A stretch of 64,000 bases of DNA from Lama guanicoe. Its lineage: Eukaryota. Of this stretch, positions 1 to 14,078 are shown in pieces. The stretch covers positions 16,918,711 to 16,982,710 of the forward strand of contig MU054187.1 in NCBI GenBank assembly GCA_013239625.1. The letters run 5' to 3'. Below the pieces are notes generated by a model. It was not told the DNA's origin and did not search any database. It was given only the letters and a program-made list of their open reading frames with translations. Positions within the stretch are counted from its first letter, which is position 1, and every line of letters starts with the position of its first letter. The position numbers were made by a program, and so were the translations under genes.

Positions 1-80
1 CCAATGCTTGAGAGAATACCTATTACATAGGAGACAGTAAATATGTATGTATTGAATAAATAAATAAATGAATAATGAAT
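1..80 (+). mobile_element. L2 LINE 3' end fragment
   Basis: acataggagacagtaaatatg...ttgaataaataaataaatgaat resembles the L2 tail. Confidence 0.5.
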
Positions 81-489
81 AACTTAAATTTTGAAAAACA
101 GAGTCTCAAGATGACCTGTTTTTCTAAGGTTTTTCTTCTCTGTATCCTCAAACACATAAATCAAATTTTTGTGATATTCAACAAATTTTGCTCCAAGTCT
201 TCACTGATTTAGATTTTGTTGATTGTAGTCTCTGCGTGTGAATTACTGCATTCAAATAAATGTGGCCTATTTATTACGAAGATTTATATTGAAAGTTATC
301 AACTGAATCCTTGCAAAAGCAATGGATGGCATGCTCCCTATTTCAAGTTTCTTCTAGAATGAACATTAATATCAGATTTGGTTAGACTGTGACATCATTA
401 GTGAATAAGTGGGTGGTTTTCTCTATACATCACTGTTACTTGCGATGTCAGACAACGCACTGCTTATTTTGTCTAGATTACTGCTCTAA

Positions 490-650
490 ATTAGTACAAC
501 AACCATAAGAAAAAACTCTCTCTTCATGAATTTGGATACTGAAGTTTGGAATAGTTACATAAATAGTGTGAGGTTACAGGCTAAAGGGTAACTGACTTAG
601 AATTTGAATCCAGAAAATCTCTCTCTAGAAGTTGTGTCTTTAAGTTTCAG
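490..650 (-). mobile_element. MIR SINE fragment
   Basis: Degenerate reverse-complement MIR core (actgaag...aggttacaggcta...atttgaatccag). Confidence 0.5.
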
Positions 651-706
651 ACTATGTTCCCCCCTCAGAAAATGTTCTTCATATCCTTTTTCAAAGTAAA
701 TATGGA

Positions 707-757
707 CTTTAGCACGGTATCTGGCACAGAGTAGGTGCTCAAATAATTTGTTGGAAC
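707..757 (+). mobile_element. L2/MIR 3' tail
   Basis: tagcacggtatctggcacagagtaggtgctcaaataatttgttgg. Confidence 0.6.
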
Positions 758-2204
758 AGGATGTTTAATCTAAGCTAAAGTTTTTATAATAACAAATACC
801 AGGAATATAAACTCTTTCTTCATAAAAGGAAGGAATTAGAAACTCTGTACCAAATTACTTCAGATATTCCTTTTAGCTCTTTGCTAATGTATAACATTTA
901 TATAATTGGCAGAAAAGTGGAATGAACTTTTTATCATAAAACTTTTTGAATCTAATGCCACTTAAATAGATATGTAAGATATTCAAGTTTAAATATTTCA
1001 ATAGTATTTAAATATATATTTTATATATATATATACTGCAGTTATATAAGAAAGTAGTAGAGTTTTCACCTTACAAATTGTTTTTAAAGTTATTTTTAAT
1101 ATTAAAATTTCTACCTCCACATATTTTACATAGTCTATTCAAAATTACAAGGTTCAGATTCCACACATCCTCTCCTTAATTTGTATCAATTGTTGATATC
1201 ATTTAGAGAAAACAAGAGTTTTTATAGGTAATCTAACCCTTTTAATGCTCATTTCTACTTACTTTATTTAACACATTCTATACCTGTATTTATACTGTAA
1301 CAACCTTAAATTATACATTTTTTCCATCTAAAAATTGCCTCTACTTTCTATAAAGTCTTTATTTTTATAATCTGTCTATATTAGTACTAGCATTTTTTCA
1401 CAACTATGTGAAGCTCTTCTATTTCCTGTTTCACCCCCTTTCCACAAGTCCATTTCAAATTCAGTTAATAAAATTAAATATTTTATTTGTAATGTTTTTA
1501 TGCTCTATTTAAAGTATGCCTATAAAGATGTTTGAATGAATGTAGACAACTCATTCACTTTCCCCATAATTTCTTCCAGAAGCTAGAATACCAGTCTTCT
1601 TTAGTCATCGTAACCCCTTTTGGTATAATACTCAAAATCTTAATTTTTTTCAATATATAAATATTTATATATTTATAAAATAAATACATCCTTTTTGAGA
1701 TCAGCAAAGTTGCTCCAGATCTGTACATATTTCAAATACACTTGTCCTGGTAACACAATATCTTCTTTCAAATCACACAATTACTTTATATGAGGGGCTA
1801 TAGTGACTCAAATTTTAAACAAAAAAAGAATGGATTAGACTTTACCATTAAGGTATAAACTGCAGCAAATCCAGAAAATACAAAATCAACAACTACAAAA
1901 TATAATTAATCTTAGAAGGCATTTATGAAAATAATTATTTAAAATGAAATTTAAAGCAAGCCACCACTACCCCCAACTTCCTACTTTATAAATTCTTTTT
2001 CTTGATTTAAATTTTCCTTTCTTTGTCCTGAATAGTATTTCATATACTTATTTTTTTAAGTTATTCAAAATAATAGTTTTATCTGTCTTGGGTCAACAGT
2101 TTCATCAAAAAATAGCCCAAGAGGTAAAAATGACACATCTCTATACAACTATTTCCACTGGAAACAAAAGTATTTAAATCATGTTAAAAACCACAGGCAC
2201 AAAT

Positions 2205-2555
2205 TAAAATGAATAAAATCCGGATATACGTTACGACGCGCATGAGCATAGTAAACATTATGCTGAGTGAAAGGAGCCAGCCATGAAAGAACACATAGTT
2301 TATGATTCTATTTATATGAAATGACCAGAAAAGGCAAATCTATAGAAAGGAAATAGATCATTGTTTGCCCAATGCTGCGGGCTGGAATGACATGTGGCTA
2401 TAAATGAGCACAAAGTTTCCTTTGAGGATGATGGACGTGTTCTAAAATTAGATTGGGGTATAATTGTACAATTTTATAAATACACTAAAATTCAATGAAC
2501 TGTACATTTAACATGAATCAATTGTTTGGTATGTAAATTATATCTCAACAAAAGA
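2205..2555 (+). mobile_element. Old L1M (L1MB/MC-type) 3' UTR
   Basis: aacattatgctgagtgaaaggagccag ... tatgattctatttatatgaaatgaccagaaaaggcaaatctataga ... gtatgtaaattatatctcaac are hallmark L1M 3' UTR motifs. Confidence 0.85.
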
Positions 2556-2693
2556 TGTATCAACCGCCCCTTACCCCCAAAAAAGACATATATGAAGAAA
2601 GGCATTAGCACGCCAGAAACCGTGGAAAGAACTGTTGATCTAGAAGAATGTGTAAAAGTCTAGTACTTGAGTATCATTTTCTCTAACCATAAG

Positions 2694-2807
2694 CTCTCTC
2701 CTTGATTCATGCTTGATCATATTCTCAGCTGGAGATGGTGACACTGAAATTATAGGTGAACACCTTGAAGCTATTGAGTAAAGAGATTAAATCTCAAAAG
2801 TTTTAAG
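2694..2807 (+). pseudogene. Possible decayed exon remnant
   Basis: Reads SQLEMVTLKL*VNTLKLLSKEIKSQKF*, followed by AAG|GTGAAA; weak acceptor. Confidence 0.3.
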
Positions 2808-2984
2808 GTGAAACCAAATATTTAATACAAAAAGTTAACTATCTGATGTTCTTAGAAAGTTAAAAAAGGCTGTTTTAAAAATTATTGCACTTCTTCTTTG
2901 TTATTGATGAAAAAAATCTTCTAAAACTTTCACTGTGCTCAGTGTCAATATTACAGTTGTAATTTTCTTGTCTATTGTCTGCAG

Positions 2985-3091
2985 AGAGCTCGGAATATAA
3001 GGGTAAACAGAGGTGCTGATGCTGCTTGACATTGTACAAGGGTTGCATTCTTCTAGTTTGTGAAAATTCATACCCTAGTTTGCCCTGGGAG
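2985..3091 (+). pseudogene. Decayed exon remnant
   Basis: Strong acceptor ttttcttgtctattgtctgcag| and consensus donor GAG|GTAAGT; peptide ELGI*G*TEVLMLLDIVQGLHSSSL* with stops. Confidence 0.5.
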
Positions 3092-3979
3092 GTAAGTTAG
3101 TATGAACTTAGTGAATTGATGGATAGATGATGGAATGAACTGGTGGCAAATGCAGTAAACGGTGTTGGGAAGGTAGCTAAAATAATCTTTTTGAAATACC
3201 TTTAATTTCTCAACTCAGGTGTTCCATGAATATAAAGTACTGGATCTGGTTGTACAGTAATTTAACTCTATAGTGAGAAAATTGCTCACCAAAATGGGGC
3301 GAATTATCTCTTCCCGAATACGAAGGTTCCAGTGCACTAATGTACTGGAAGTGATTATTTACCAAACGTCATTCTGATCCTTTGAAGTTAATCCAATTCA
3401 CATGGTTAAAATGTGTGTATCTAGTGCCTATTTACATTGGCTAATACCATCTTTTCATGTTTAAATTTATATTTAAAATATTTGTGTTAGTGGATTTGTG
3501 TAGCTGCTGTTTTACCACTGCTGGACATAGGCATTGTAAAAAAAAAAAATTAAATGCTAATAATTAGGTAGATTTTTTCTCTTAATACATTTGAAATGAA
3601 GTTTTGCACCAGACTTTAAAAGTTAACAATTGCTACACTGGCAGATATAAAAGGAATTAAAAGGCATAACAAATAAGCAAGGATCTTCCATAGAAAATAT
3701 CTGGTTACTTGTTCCTCTATAAAATTTGCTAGTTGGAAGTGTCAATTGTGTTAATGGCAAGAGCAATTTTAAGCTGTAATCAGGATTAAGCCTCCATAAG
3801 ACTCTTCATTTTTCTTTTCCATTTGATGACAATTTTCTGTAATTAATAGCAGTCCTTTTTTACATCAGCCAACTGTCTTGATATTACAACTAGAACATTG
3901 TGCCCTAGCTTTAAGTAAGGAGTAAATTAGGAACAGATGAATTCTTAATAACAGTCTTCTCTCACAAAATGTTCAAGAT

Positions 3980-4045
3980 TATATGTTGCACACCAGAAAT
4001 TGACACAATGTTGTAAACTGACTATACTTCGATTAAAAAAAAAAA
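3980..4045 (+). mobile_element. Severely 5'-truncated young L1 tail
   Basis: cacaccagaaattgacacaatgttgtaaactgactatacttcgatt + poly(A); near-identical copy at 61.6 kb. Confidence 0.8.
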
Positions 4046-5725
4046 CAGTATGAAGAAGTAACTTCTGAGGATGAGAAAACACACAGGAGAAAATTCACCT
4101 TTAAAATGTTTGGTGATTTTTTCTGGAATTCCGTTAATTTAAGTCATCTGGGCCTGTGTATTTGTATGGCCATGCCAAAGGATCTAAAACATGCATTGCA
4201 ATATGTAGGATTCAGGTACATGTCCATTTGCAGATGAACATATATCTATTTTAATATTAGGAATGGGGTTAAAAATAGACATGCAAAACCAATTGAATTT
4301 AAAATTTTTAAATAAGGTTATTAGCCATGAGTATGTAAAATTACCTGTTTGTAGAAGTACAATAAACTCATAGAAAATTGTGCAGGTTTTGTTTTTGTTT
4401 ATGTAGGAAACAAAGGAATAAAAACTTATACATTAAATTATTGCCAGTGGTTATATCCCTTCAGATTATAAGGAAAAAAAATCATATTCATGCAACTGAT
4501 TTCTTTTCCTTTCACTCATTAATAGCTTCTTTTATATTTCTGTATAATACATGTGTTTCTCTGTTGTTTTTACAATAAAGAAATGTATTCAAAATAAAAG
4601 TGTGTTCATATTTTGAGAACTTTGTTTCGACAACTTTTAGAGGCACAAAATAATAGAAACATGAATTTTAAATGAGACAATTCTTTTTTTTTTCTTTTAT
4701 CTCCAATCAAATAGTTAATGATTCTAAAGGCTTTGAATGGATCTAAATTATTTTTCATACTCAGAAATGGAAGTCTAGCCTTTAATGAATAAATGAAATT
4801 AAAGTTATTTACAAATTAACTATAACTAAAATAAAACATACAAAGTGAGCAAAGATATAGTGACAGAAATATGAAAAATAACATTTAACCCTAATTAACA
4901 GCCAGAATATGAATATCCTGTCTCTTGGTTTTCTTTCAATGAAATGGGGATACTAACCCTGATGATCACTGACCTAGTCAATATCATGCACATCAACAGA
5001 AAAGATATAAATTAGGGTAATGATGTTGCAATTCAAACCAGTACTCTATTTTACAGAATAGAGTAATGAAATACAGAATGGAGTGACGTTCTCCCTGGAA
5101 AATTCAATTTTTCTTATTGTGTATTAGTATGAAATAAAGATCTCTCTTTTAAAAACCACCACCACCTCCACCAAAAAACACTTAAAAAGAGGGAGCCTTC
5201 CTTTAAAAACAAATTCTCTCCTCCGAACACATATCGTAATTTCACCGATTTCACACTTAAATGTAATGCCTAAAAATGGCTTTTTACTATGTTCGTTAAA
5301 TAAGAAATAATCCACATAGGGACATAGGTATGACTGAGTTATTTCATCCTAGTTCCCAAATAAATTTTAACTTGCATGGTAACTAATCTTTAGAAAATTA
5401 ACATTCACCTGAGCACAGTAAATCTTTTATTAACGGAAGTTATACAGTCCTTTTGGAAGTGACAATGATGATGCGTTAACTAAAACTATTTTTTGTTTAA
5501 TTGTTTTATGCTGTCATCTGGTCTTGTGCAAAACTTGCAAAGAGTGTATTTTAAAATTTTGTTTTTACCAACATTATGAAAGGCCTTCTAAGCTTTTCGT
5601 CTAAAGTATAAAGTGATTGTTAAGTTTTGGGGTTTTAGAATTCCTGAGTGGCCACAAAAGGAAAAGCAAATTCTGAACCTTTTAGGCTTATAAAAAGTTG
5701 AAAGTTATGCAGTACTTATATTTAG

Positions 5726-5921
5726 AGCCGACTCAGTTAAACAGTTTCAGGTTACTGCATGAGCTTAGTAGAATAACAAAATATGCTACTGCAGAAATAA
5801 GTTACTCTGTCGTTAGGGACTGCCAAGGGAATCTGCTCGCATTTGAAAAACTATCAAAGAAACAAAACTCAAGAGTTGAAGCAAAAACTGAACCAAAAAA
5901 ATACACTGATTCATGAAAAAG
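5726..5921 (+). pseudogene. Decayed exon remnant (coiled coil)
   Basis: DCQGNLLAFEKLSKKQ then, after a 1-nt frameshift, TQELKQKLNQKNTLIHEK ending at donor AAG|GTGAGA. Start position uncertain. Confidence 0.6.
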
Positions 5922-6781
5922 GTGAGAAGAAATCATTTAACTGCAATGCTTTTATTTTTTTATAATAATGCATATATAAAGTAAAATATTTATATAACAT
6001 TTATAAAATGTTTTGGTCTTTTTCAGTCCAAATAAAGCCTATTCTTTGGTGGAAAACACCATAATGTGTAATGAGCTAAATATTGGAAATGAACTCCAAT
6101 ACATTTTTAAAAATTTAAGTGGTATTTAGTAAGATTTATAAAGCATCAAGTATACTATTATTATATGCAAAGCTTTGCTGAATAAATGTTAAGTCTATGT
6201 ATAAATCAAGCATGCATAAAATGCTTATACGTTCAGGTATACATTACCCTTTAAAAACAATTTCAAAGCCCAACATTTAAATTTTAAGCATTTACATTTA
6301 AAGTTCTGATGTAGAGTCAAAGATCAGAAAGGTCACATGTCCAACTTATTAATTTCTCAGTTTTTCTAAAACATCAAAGTGTGTTTCCAGTGACCATGAG
6401 CTTTATGACTGAGTAAATGCTGTTTCGGTTTTGTGTACTGACATGATCCTGCTTCATGAAAGAAATATTTACATTTCTATGGTTACGTACTTAGGGAGGA
6501 AGATTTCTGAGGTAAGGGCAGGCATTTCAAAGGAACTTGGAGTTGATAAAGGTAATTGACCTATCACTCACATGCATGCATGCATGTTTTGTCTTATATT
6601 ATTACTTCTCTTTCAAGATAACATTTTGAGATTTGCATTCTGTTTTGTGACCATATTTACAATAACAATGCAGAGATTATTCCCATGTTTAACTGGTTTT
6701 AATATTCATAATTGGTCCTTTTATATGATGGATTTTCCATTCATCAGTTCTTTACTTTCTTTACTCCCTCAATTGAGTACA

Positions 6782-7234
6782 TGTATTAGTTTGACAGGAC
6801 TGCTGTGACAAAATAGCACAGATGAGGGATCTTAAACAACAGAAATGTATGTCTTCAGTTCTGGAGGCTAAGAGTTTGAGATCAAGATGTTGGCAGGGGT
6901 GGTTCATTCTGAGAACTATGAGGGGTCTGTTGCACATCTCCCACCTGGAAGTCTGTTCCTCGGGTCTTGCTGTTTCACTGTGGTCTCTGCCCTCATCTTC
7001 ACATGATGTTCTTTCTGCGTGTATGTGTGTGTGTGTATGTGTGTCCAAATTTCCCCTTTTATAAGGACGCCAGTTATATTGGATTAGAGACCTACGCCCC
7101 TCCAGTATGACCTCATCTGAACTAACTACATCTGTAACGATCCCATTTCCAAATAAGGTCACATTCTGTGGTACTGCAGCTTAGGACTTCAACATATGAA
7201 TTTGGGGAGTGAGTGACAGAATTCATGTTCATAC
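6782..7234 (-). mobile_element. MaLR solo LTR (MLT1B/C/D-like)
   Basis: tgtattagttt...cttaaacaacagaaatgtat...cagttctggaggctaaga...atttccaaataaggtcacattctg...ggacttcaacatatgaattt. Confidence 0.9.
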
Positions 7235-7654
7235 AATAGTACGTATATTTTTAATTAAAAAATATTGGCGAAGTAATGTGGGTACTATGTTTTCTAGTTC
7301 TTTCATAGCTGAGAATGTTTTTGAGTCCCTTTCATGTACAAACAACAATGTTGTTAGTTATAAAGTTTTTGAATCATCCTTTAGACAAAACAAGGTGGAG
7401 AGTAGACCCCATAATCATCCGCTTTTGAAGCCAGAATGATTGTATTTTCTTTGTGGACATTTTGCTCTCCTGCCACATATCAGAAGGCATTATTTTCTTT
7501 ATCATAGTTATGAGTTTTAAATAATTCACCTGCCAAGTAGTAAACCAATTTTACTTATAATATCTGATCATATTAGTTAAGATGTGGGTTTTGCTATTAA
7601 AAGAGAAGGTCGTAGTTCATAAGAGCTTAGTTCTTTTTTTTTTAAATTAAAGTA

Positions 7655-9310
7655 TAGTGCAAGAAAAAAATAGTCACTGAAATAGGAAATGAGGAAGTAA
7701 AATTGTCACCATTTGTGAATGACATAATATTATGTATTGAAAACCCTACAAATTCCACCAAGAATCTGTTAGTACTAATAACAGTAAAGTAATAAATTCA
7801 GTAAAGTTGTAGGATACAAATCAAAATTAAAAAATCTGTTACATTTCTATACACTAATAACAAGACTATCAGAATGAGAAATTAATAGCATAGTCTCACA
7901 ACTTCATCAAAAATGAAATGTCTAGGAATATATTTAACCAAGGAAGTGAAGGACCTGGCACTCTGAAAACTATAAGATGCTGATGAAAGAAACTGAGGAA
8001 GACACAAATCATAGAAAAACATTCTGTGCTTATGGCCTGGAAGAATTATTATTGCTAAAATGTCTATACTACTCAGAGAATCTACACTTTAATTCAATTC
8101 CTATAAAAAGTTCAGTACCAGTTTTACAGAAATAAAACAAATAATTCTAAAACTTGTATGGAACCACAAAAGACTCCAAAAGCCAAAGCAATCATGAGAA
8201 GGAACAAAGCTAGAAGCATCACACTTCCTGCTTTCAAACTATATTACAAAGCTAAAGTAATCAAAACAGTATGGTATTGGCATAAAACAGACACATAAAT
8301 TGATGGAAAGAAGACAGACCCTAGAAATAAATCTGCTCATATAGTCAAATAATGTACAGCAAAGGAGCCAAAAATATACAATGGTGGAAGGAAAATCTCC
8401 TCAATAAAAGATGTTGGGAAAACTGGAAAATCACATGGAAAAGAATAAAATGTAACCCCTATTTTACATTATATACACAAATTACCTGAAAACTGATTAA
8501 AGACTTGGAATCTAAGACCTGAAATCATAAACCTTCTGTAAGAAAACATAGGTGGTAAGTTCCTGATATTGATCTTGGTGGTAATTTTTTTGGATTTGAC
8601 ACCAAAAGCAAATGCAACAGAAGCAAAAATGAACAAGTAAGTAAACAATTGGGACTATATCAAACTGGAACGTTTTTGCACAACAAAGAAACCATCAAAG
8701 TAAAAAGCAACCTACTAAATGGGAGAAAATGTTTACAGATCATCTATCTGGTAAGAGATTAATATCCAAAATATATAAAGAACTCATACAACTCAGTAGT
8801 GAAAATCAAACCAAAACAAAATAAAACACCAAAAAACAATCTGACTGAAAATGGGCAGAGGATCTGAATAAATATTTTTTCCTAAGAAGACATAGTGATG
8901 GCCATTTGGTACATGAAAGTGTGTTCAGTATTACTAATTATCAGGGAAGCGCAAACTAAAACCATTATGAGATGCACCTCAGACGTGTTAGAATGACTAT
9001 TACCAAAGAGACAAGAAATAACGAGTGTCGGTGAGAATTGGAGGAAATGGAACCATTGTGCACTGCTGGAGAGGATGTAAATTGGTGCAGCCACTATGGA
9101 AAACAGTATGGAAGTTCTCAAAAATATTAAAAGTAGAACTATCATATGATGCAGCAATTCCACTTCTGGTTTATTTATCTGAAGGAAGTAAAAACTAATT
9201 TAAAAAGATATATGCACACCAGTGTTCACAGCATCATTACTGGTAATAGCTAAGACGTGGAAGCAACCTAAATGTCCATCAATGAATAAATAGATCAAGA
9301 AATTGTTTGT
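7655..9310 (+). mobile_element. L1 ORF2 fragment (RT to C-terminal region), decayed
   Basis: gaagtaaaattgtcaccatttgtgaatgacata (degraded FADD motif), tatattacaaagctaaagtaatcaaaacagtatggtattggcat, ttggtgcagccactatggaaaacagtatgga, aacctaaatgtccatcaatg. Confidence 0.95.
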
Positions 9311-10224
9311 CTATATATATCATATGACATATGACATATATATACAAAAATTATTAGTGTTATCTGATAGCATAATATTGGAAAGTACTACTTTATGTTT
9401 TAAATTTTGATGTTTATAATAATGTATATAAACCACATTCAGTGTGTTTTAAATAATAACTTGAATGCATATGTCCCATTACTTTTAGTATCTCTTTCTT
9501 TACATTTGGACATATATGTATTGCATATATGCTCACCCAATACATATGTAATGGAACTATATGTAGCTATAAATATATATATATACAGATGGATAGAGAG
9601 AAACAGATATATAGAAAAAGATGGTGTTAATGGATAATGGTACCCCTGGAAAAATGTTCTACTTTCTATTTTCTTAGTAAGGAGAATTTGCTATCATTGA
9701 TTTATGTACTATCGTTCTGATTCAGCTAAACCCTTTTCCACAGTTTTATCCTGTGTAAGTCCCCAATTTGAAGAGCACATTTGAAAAAAAACAGAGTAAA
9801 AATAAAATAAAATTTAGCAAGTATTGATTTAAAACAAAATGTATTATTTTACATTTCAATTTCCACTCTAATTCCATACAGTGATAGTAAGATAAAAGCT
9901 AATTGAGTTTAAAATCCCATTTTCCTTCTCCACTGACCATATTTGGATAACAGCAGTACTTATTAGTCTGATGTAATTACTCCACATTTCTCCCGAACTT
10001 CAGGGAATTCTCTTTGGAAGGTGATTTGAAATTCAGTATGCAGCTAATTTTAAACAAATTCTAAAAAATATTTTTTTTTTGCGCCTCACTATTTTTTAGA
10101 TGGCTAGAGAAAAAATATGTTACTTCTCTTCCCACGACAAAAAACGTACAATATAATCATGGAAATATGACTGAGAGTGACAATAAAATAACTAATTCCA
10201 GTAGGGTTAGATTCTAATCATTTT

Positions 10225-10481
10225 TATTGTGTTTGAATTGTCCTTCTATATTGGAAGAGCTCCCCTCCCTTGCAGAATGGATGTGAAGCACTGTGTTGAG
10301 AGGTAGGTGCCACAAGACTGAAGTAGCATGGGATTCTGAGCCGCCTCATGGAGAACAGCTGCCTTGGAGAGATGCCCAGACTGCAGGGCACTTTGAGCAA
10401 GAAGTAAGCTTTATTGTGATAAGTCATTGAAATGCTGTGTTCTTTCTACTGCAGAATAACCTAGCCTTTTCTGATTGACAC
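10225..10481 (+). mobile_element. Old MaLR LTR 3' part (MLT1-type)
   Basis: aagctttattgtgataagtcattgaaatg...tactgcagaataacctagccttttctgattgaca resembles an MLT1 3' end. Confidence 0.6.
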
Positions 10482-11454
10482 AAAATAAGCAATGATTGGG
10501 ACCTAAGTAGAAGAGGAAGTCAGCAGAGCTTGTCTAAAGATTTAGAAAACTAAGCATACTGCTAAAAGTAATACTCATAAAGAAACTTCTAGAAAACAGA
10601 AACATTTCAAGTTATCAGGGAAAAAAGCTGCACAAGCATGTATAAAAGAAAATAAACATTATTTACATAGTGAATGTTTTCAAAAGCAGTGGGAGAAAAT
10701 AAATGACATAATTAACCAAGCATATATATCATTTAAATAAATGTAAACGGGCTTAGCTCAACCATTTAAAGTAAAAGACTCTCTATTTGGACCAAGAACA
10801 AAACATAGTAATATATTGCATACAAAAATGCACACATTGCAAAATAAACCAGAAAAGACAAATATAGAAAAGATGGATCTAGCCAGCCCAAGTATATGCA
10901 AATAAACAGAATTCCAAAAGTGGAGTTAACCATTTTAAATCAGAAAAAAATTAAAAATTCAGGGTAAAAAATAATTAAGTGAAGAAAAGAATTTTAAAAT
11001 ACATTTTATACCAAAGATCAAAAAGGATGTTCATTCATTAAATAAAACAGCCATAGAACCAAATCATTGGGAAATCCAGCAAGAAATAGAAAACAGATTT
11101 GTAACAGGAGATTCTAATTATTCTCTTCTATTTTATGTGTTTTTAAATTGATAACACAAAAATAAATATGTAAACAGTCTAAATAATATTATTAATATAT
11201 AGTTATAATTTTTAAGTTCTGTACACTGATAATAGAAAATATTCTTTGAAAAATGCTATGAGCTTCAAAATTTGGTCACGTATAATGTCACAAAACACTT
11301 CAAGCAGCTTTGAAAAATCAAATTATTACATACTACACCTTCTGATTTAAGAGAGCACAAAGTTATATAGGAAAATATAAAAAGTACACTGCCTTAAGCT
11401 GAAAAAATACATATATTTGTGTGTAAGTATACATATATAAACATATTTAAAATC

Positions 11455-13020
11455 TTAGTAAGATGTATTTTAAATATCACAAAATTAACCCATTTCAAAT
11501 GTACAACTCAAGGGTGTTTTTAGTAACTTTATTGACTTTTCAGTAATCATCATAAATCAGTTTCAGAACACTTCATATCTCCCCCAAAGATTGCTCACAC
11601 CCATTCACATCTCAGCCCCACTCTCATCCCATGCCTACCTCTAGCCCCAGTCATCCACTAATCTACCTTCCGTCTCTATATAATTGCTTTTGTCGGACAT
11701 TTTACATAACTGGGATCATATAACATGGTGTCTCTCGTGTTTAGCTTCTTATACTTAGAATGTTTTCTGAAGTTAATCCGTGACATAACATGGCCAGTAG
11801 TTCCTTCCTTTTTATTGCTGAGTAGTATTCTATTGTGTCAATATACCACACTTTGGCTATTTATTTATCAATTGATGGACATTTAGGTTTTTTCCACTTT
11901 TTTGACTTTTGAGAATAACTGTGTGAATGTTCATGAGGAAGTCCTTGTGGATATATATTTTTATATAACCTGGGAATATACGTAAAGTGCTAAGCCCTAT
12001 CATAGTTTAAGTTTCTGAGAAACTATCCAGCTATTTTCCAAAGTGGCTGTACAATTTCACAGCCTCCAGAAATGTATGATACTTCTCCACAATGTCATCA
12101 GTGTTTGTTACTGTTAGTTTTATTTTGTATTGCTGACCTAGTGGGTATGAAATGGTATCTCACTATAGGTTTAATTTATATTTCTCTAATTTTGAGCTTG
12201 TCATGTACGTATTAGCTCTGATGTGTGATTTTTTTTCAAGCCCACCCATCAGTTAACTTAATCCTGACACGATCGACCTGGAGAGAGCATCAGATGCCAC
12301 AAGTAAAGACTGTCCTCCACTCACACTTCAGAGGCCAGATGCCAAGTCCAGTTTTCCACCTGTACTTCTAACCAAACAGCCATAGATGGGAGGTTCCCAG
12401 GACCCCTCCTTGGGTTCTGTCACTTTGCTAGAGCAGCTCACAGAACTTACAGAAACATTTTGTATACTAGACTACTGGTTTATAAAAGGATATGACTTAG
12501 GAGCAGCTAGCTGAAAGAGATGCATATGACAAGGTATGGTGAAAGGACGCCTTGTGTCCATGCTCCCTGGGTGCACCACACTCCACATGTTCACTGGAAG
12601 CTCTCAGAACCCCATCCTTTTGGGGGTTTTTACCATGGCTTCATTAAACAGGCATGGTTGATTAAATCATTACCCTTTGGTGATTAAACTCAACTTCCAG
12701 CCCCTTTCCCCTTCCTGGAGGTGAAGGGGTGGTGGGATGGGACTGAAAGTCCAACTCACTAATCACATCATGGGTTCCCCTGGCAACTAGATCCCTTCTT
12801 CAGATTACCTAGGGGCTTTCCCAAAGTCACCTCATTAACATACCAAAAGACACCCTTTTTGCTCTCCTCACTTAGGAAATTCCAAGGGTTTTAGAAGCTC
12901 TGTGCCAGGAACAGGGAAGAAAGTCAAATATATATCTTACTATAAATCACAATATTACATTACCCATTTATATGTCTTCTTTGGTAACATATCTGTTAAC
13001 ATCCTTTGCTCATTTTGAGA
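11455..13020 (-). mobile_element. L1M 3' UTR/ORF2 end, antisense, split by MER21
   Basis: tttttattgctgagtagtattctattgtg, ttgatggacatttaggttttttccactt, ttttccaaagtggctgtacaattt, gtgggtatgaaatggtatctcact; continues after 12960 (catttatatgtcttctttgg). Confidence 0.85.
12218..12959. mobile_element. MER21-like ERV solo LTR
   Basis: TG...CA ends; acctggagagagcatcagatgccaca, gggaggttcccaggacccctccttgggttc, tgctagagcagctcacagaact, ttaggaaattccaagggttttagaagctctgtgccaggaa, tataaatcacaatattaca. Confidence 0.85.
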
Positions 13021-13023
13021 TAC

Positions 13024-13056
<33 letters not shown>

Positions 13057-13248
13057 GTCTTACATATTATATATTATAAAATACATCATATATAGAATAT
13101 ATCATATAAACATATATTATGTATAATAACTATGTGTATATGTATATATAAATAATACATGGAAAATAATTAAAATCCCCTTTTTGAATTTCTGAAATAA
13201 AGCTGAAAGCAAAGAGTTAAAATAGGTGCGTTGATCATCCAACTTAGA

Positions 13249-13410
13249 GGGGAGGGTATAGCTCATAGGTAGAGTGCATGTTTAGAATACACAATGTCTT
13301 GGGTTCAATCCCCAGTACCTCCTCTAAACATAAATAAGTAAATCAAATTACCTCCCCATTAAAATAAATAAATAAATAGTGCAACACATTTGAAAGAAAT
13401 TTTTTAAAAA
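13249..13410 (+). mobile_element. tRNA-derived SINE, camelid vic-1-like
   Basis: ggggagggtatagctca (A box) ... gggttcaatcccc (B box), AT-rich tail; TSD atcatccaactta 13234-13246 / atcatccaagtta 13411-13423. Confidence 0.85.
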
Positions 13411-14016
13411 ATCATCCAAGTTAATAAACTGGAAATGACAAAATTAATATAAGAAAGTCTGAAAATAAACTATATACATATACTGAAATTAATAATGATA
13501 AATAAGTTAATAGATCTAATAAATAAATTGATCTATTTTGGGGAAAAGTTTAAAACAGTATAACATATAAATCATTTTCTAAACTAAACTGGGAAAATTG
13601 ATAACACACAAATATAGGACATACATATTGATAATAAAATTAATCATAGCTGTAGGGGGTGTTAAGTAAATCATGAGAGACTCATTTTCTTCATTCTATA
13701 CCAACACATTTGAAAACTTGAATAACATATGATTTTTTTAGGAAAATGTACACTGCCACCACCAATCACAGAAAAGGTAGATAATTTGAACAGATTGATA
13801 CTACCTAAGTAAGAGGTCTGTTAAACAGCTATGCTCAAAAAAAAACTACTTCCCAGAGTAATTAATTAAGAAACAGCTCATCTCAAGGCTATTTGAAATC
13901 CTTTGAAGCACAGAAGAAAGAAGAATTTCCAACATTTTTTTATGAAGGTGGCAAAATGTTAACACCAAACAGCGATGAAAGATGTAGTCCATCTGCTACG
14001 TAGTCCCCTGACCCTC

Positions 14017-14017
<1 letters not shown>

Positions 14018-14072
<55 letters not shown>

Positions 14073-14078
14073 TAAAGA
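14018..14078 (+). repeat. Poly(A)/A-rich tract
   Basis: About 42 consecutive A followed by gaaagaaaagaaataaag. Confidence 0.95.

Noticed and set aside
6761..7162. 133-aa ORF (and the overlapping 80-aa ORF)
   Set aside because: Lies within the MLT1 LTR; typical spurious repeat ORF.
8882..9163. 93-aa hydrophobic ORF, and the similar one at 50969-51295
   Set aside because: Antisense reading of L1 ORF2 C-terminal sequence.
13249..13325. tRNA-like sequence
   Set aside because: SINE head with AT-rich tail and TSD; cloverleaf degenerate, so not a tRNA gene.
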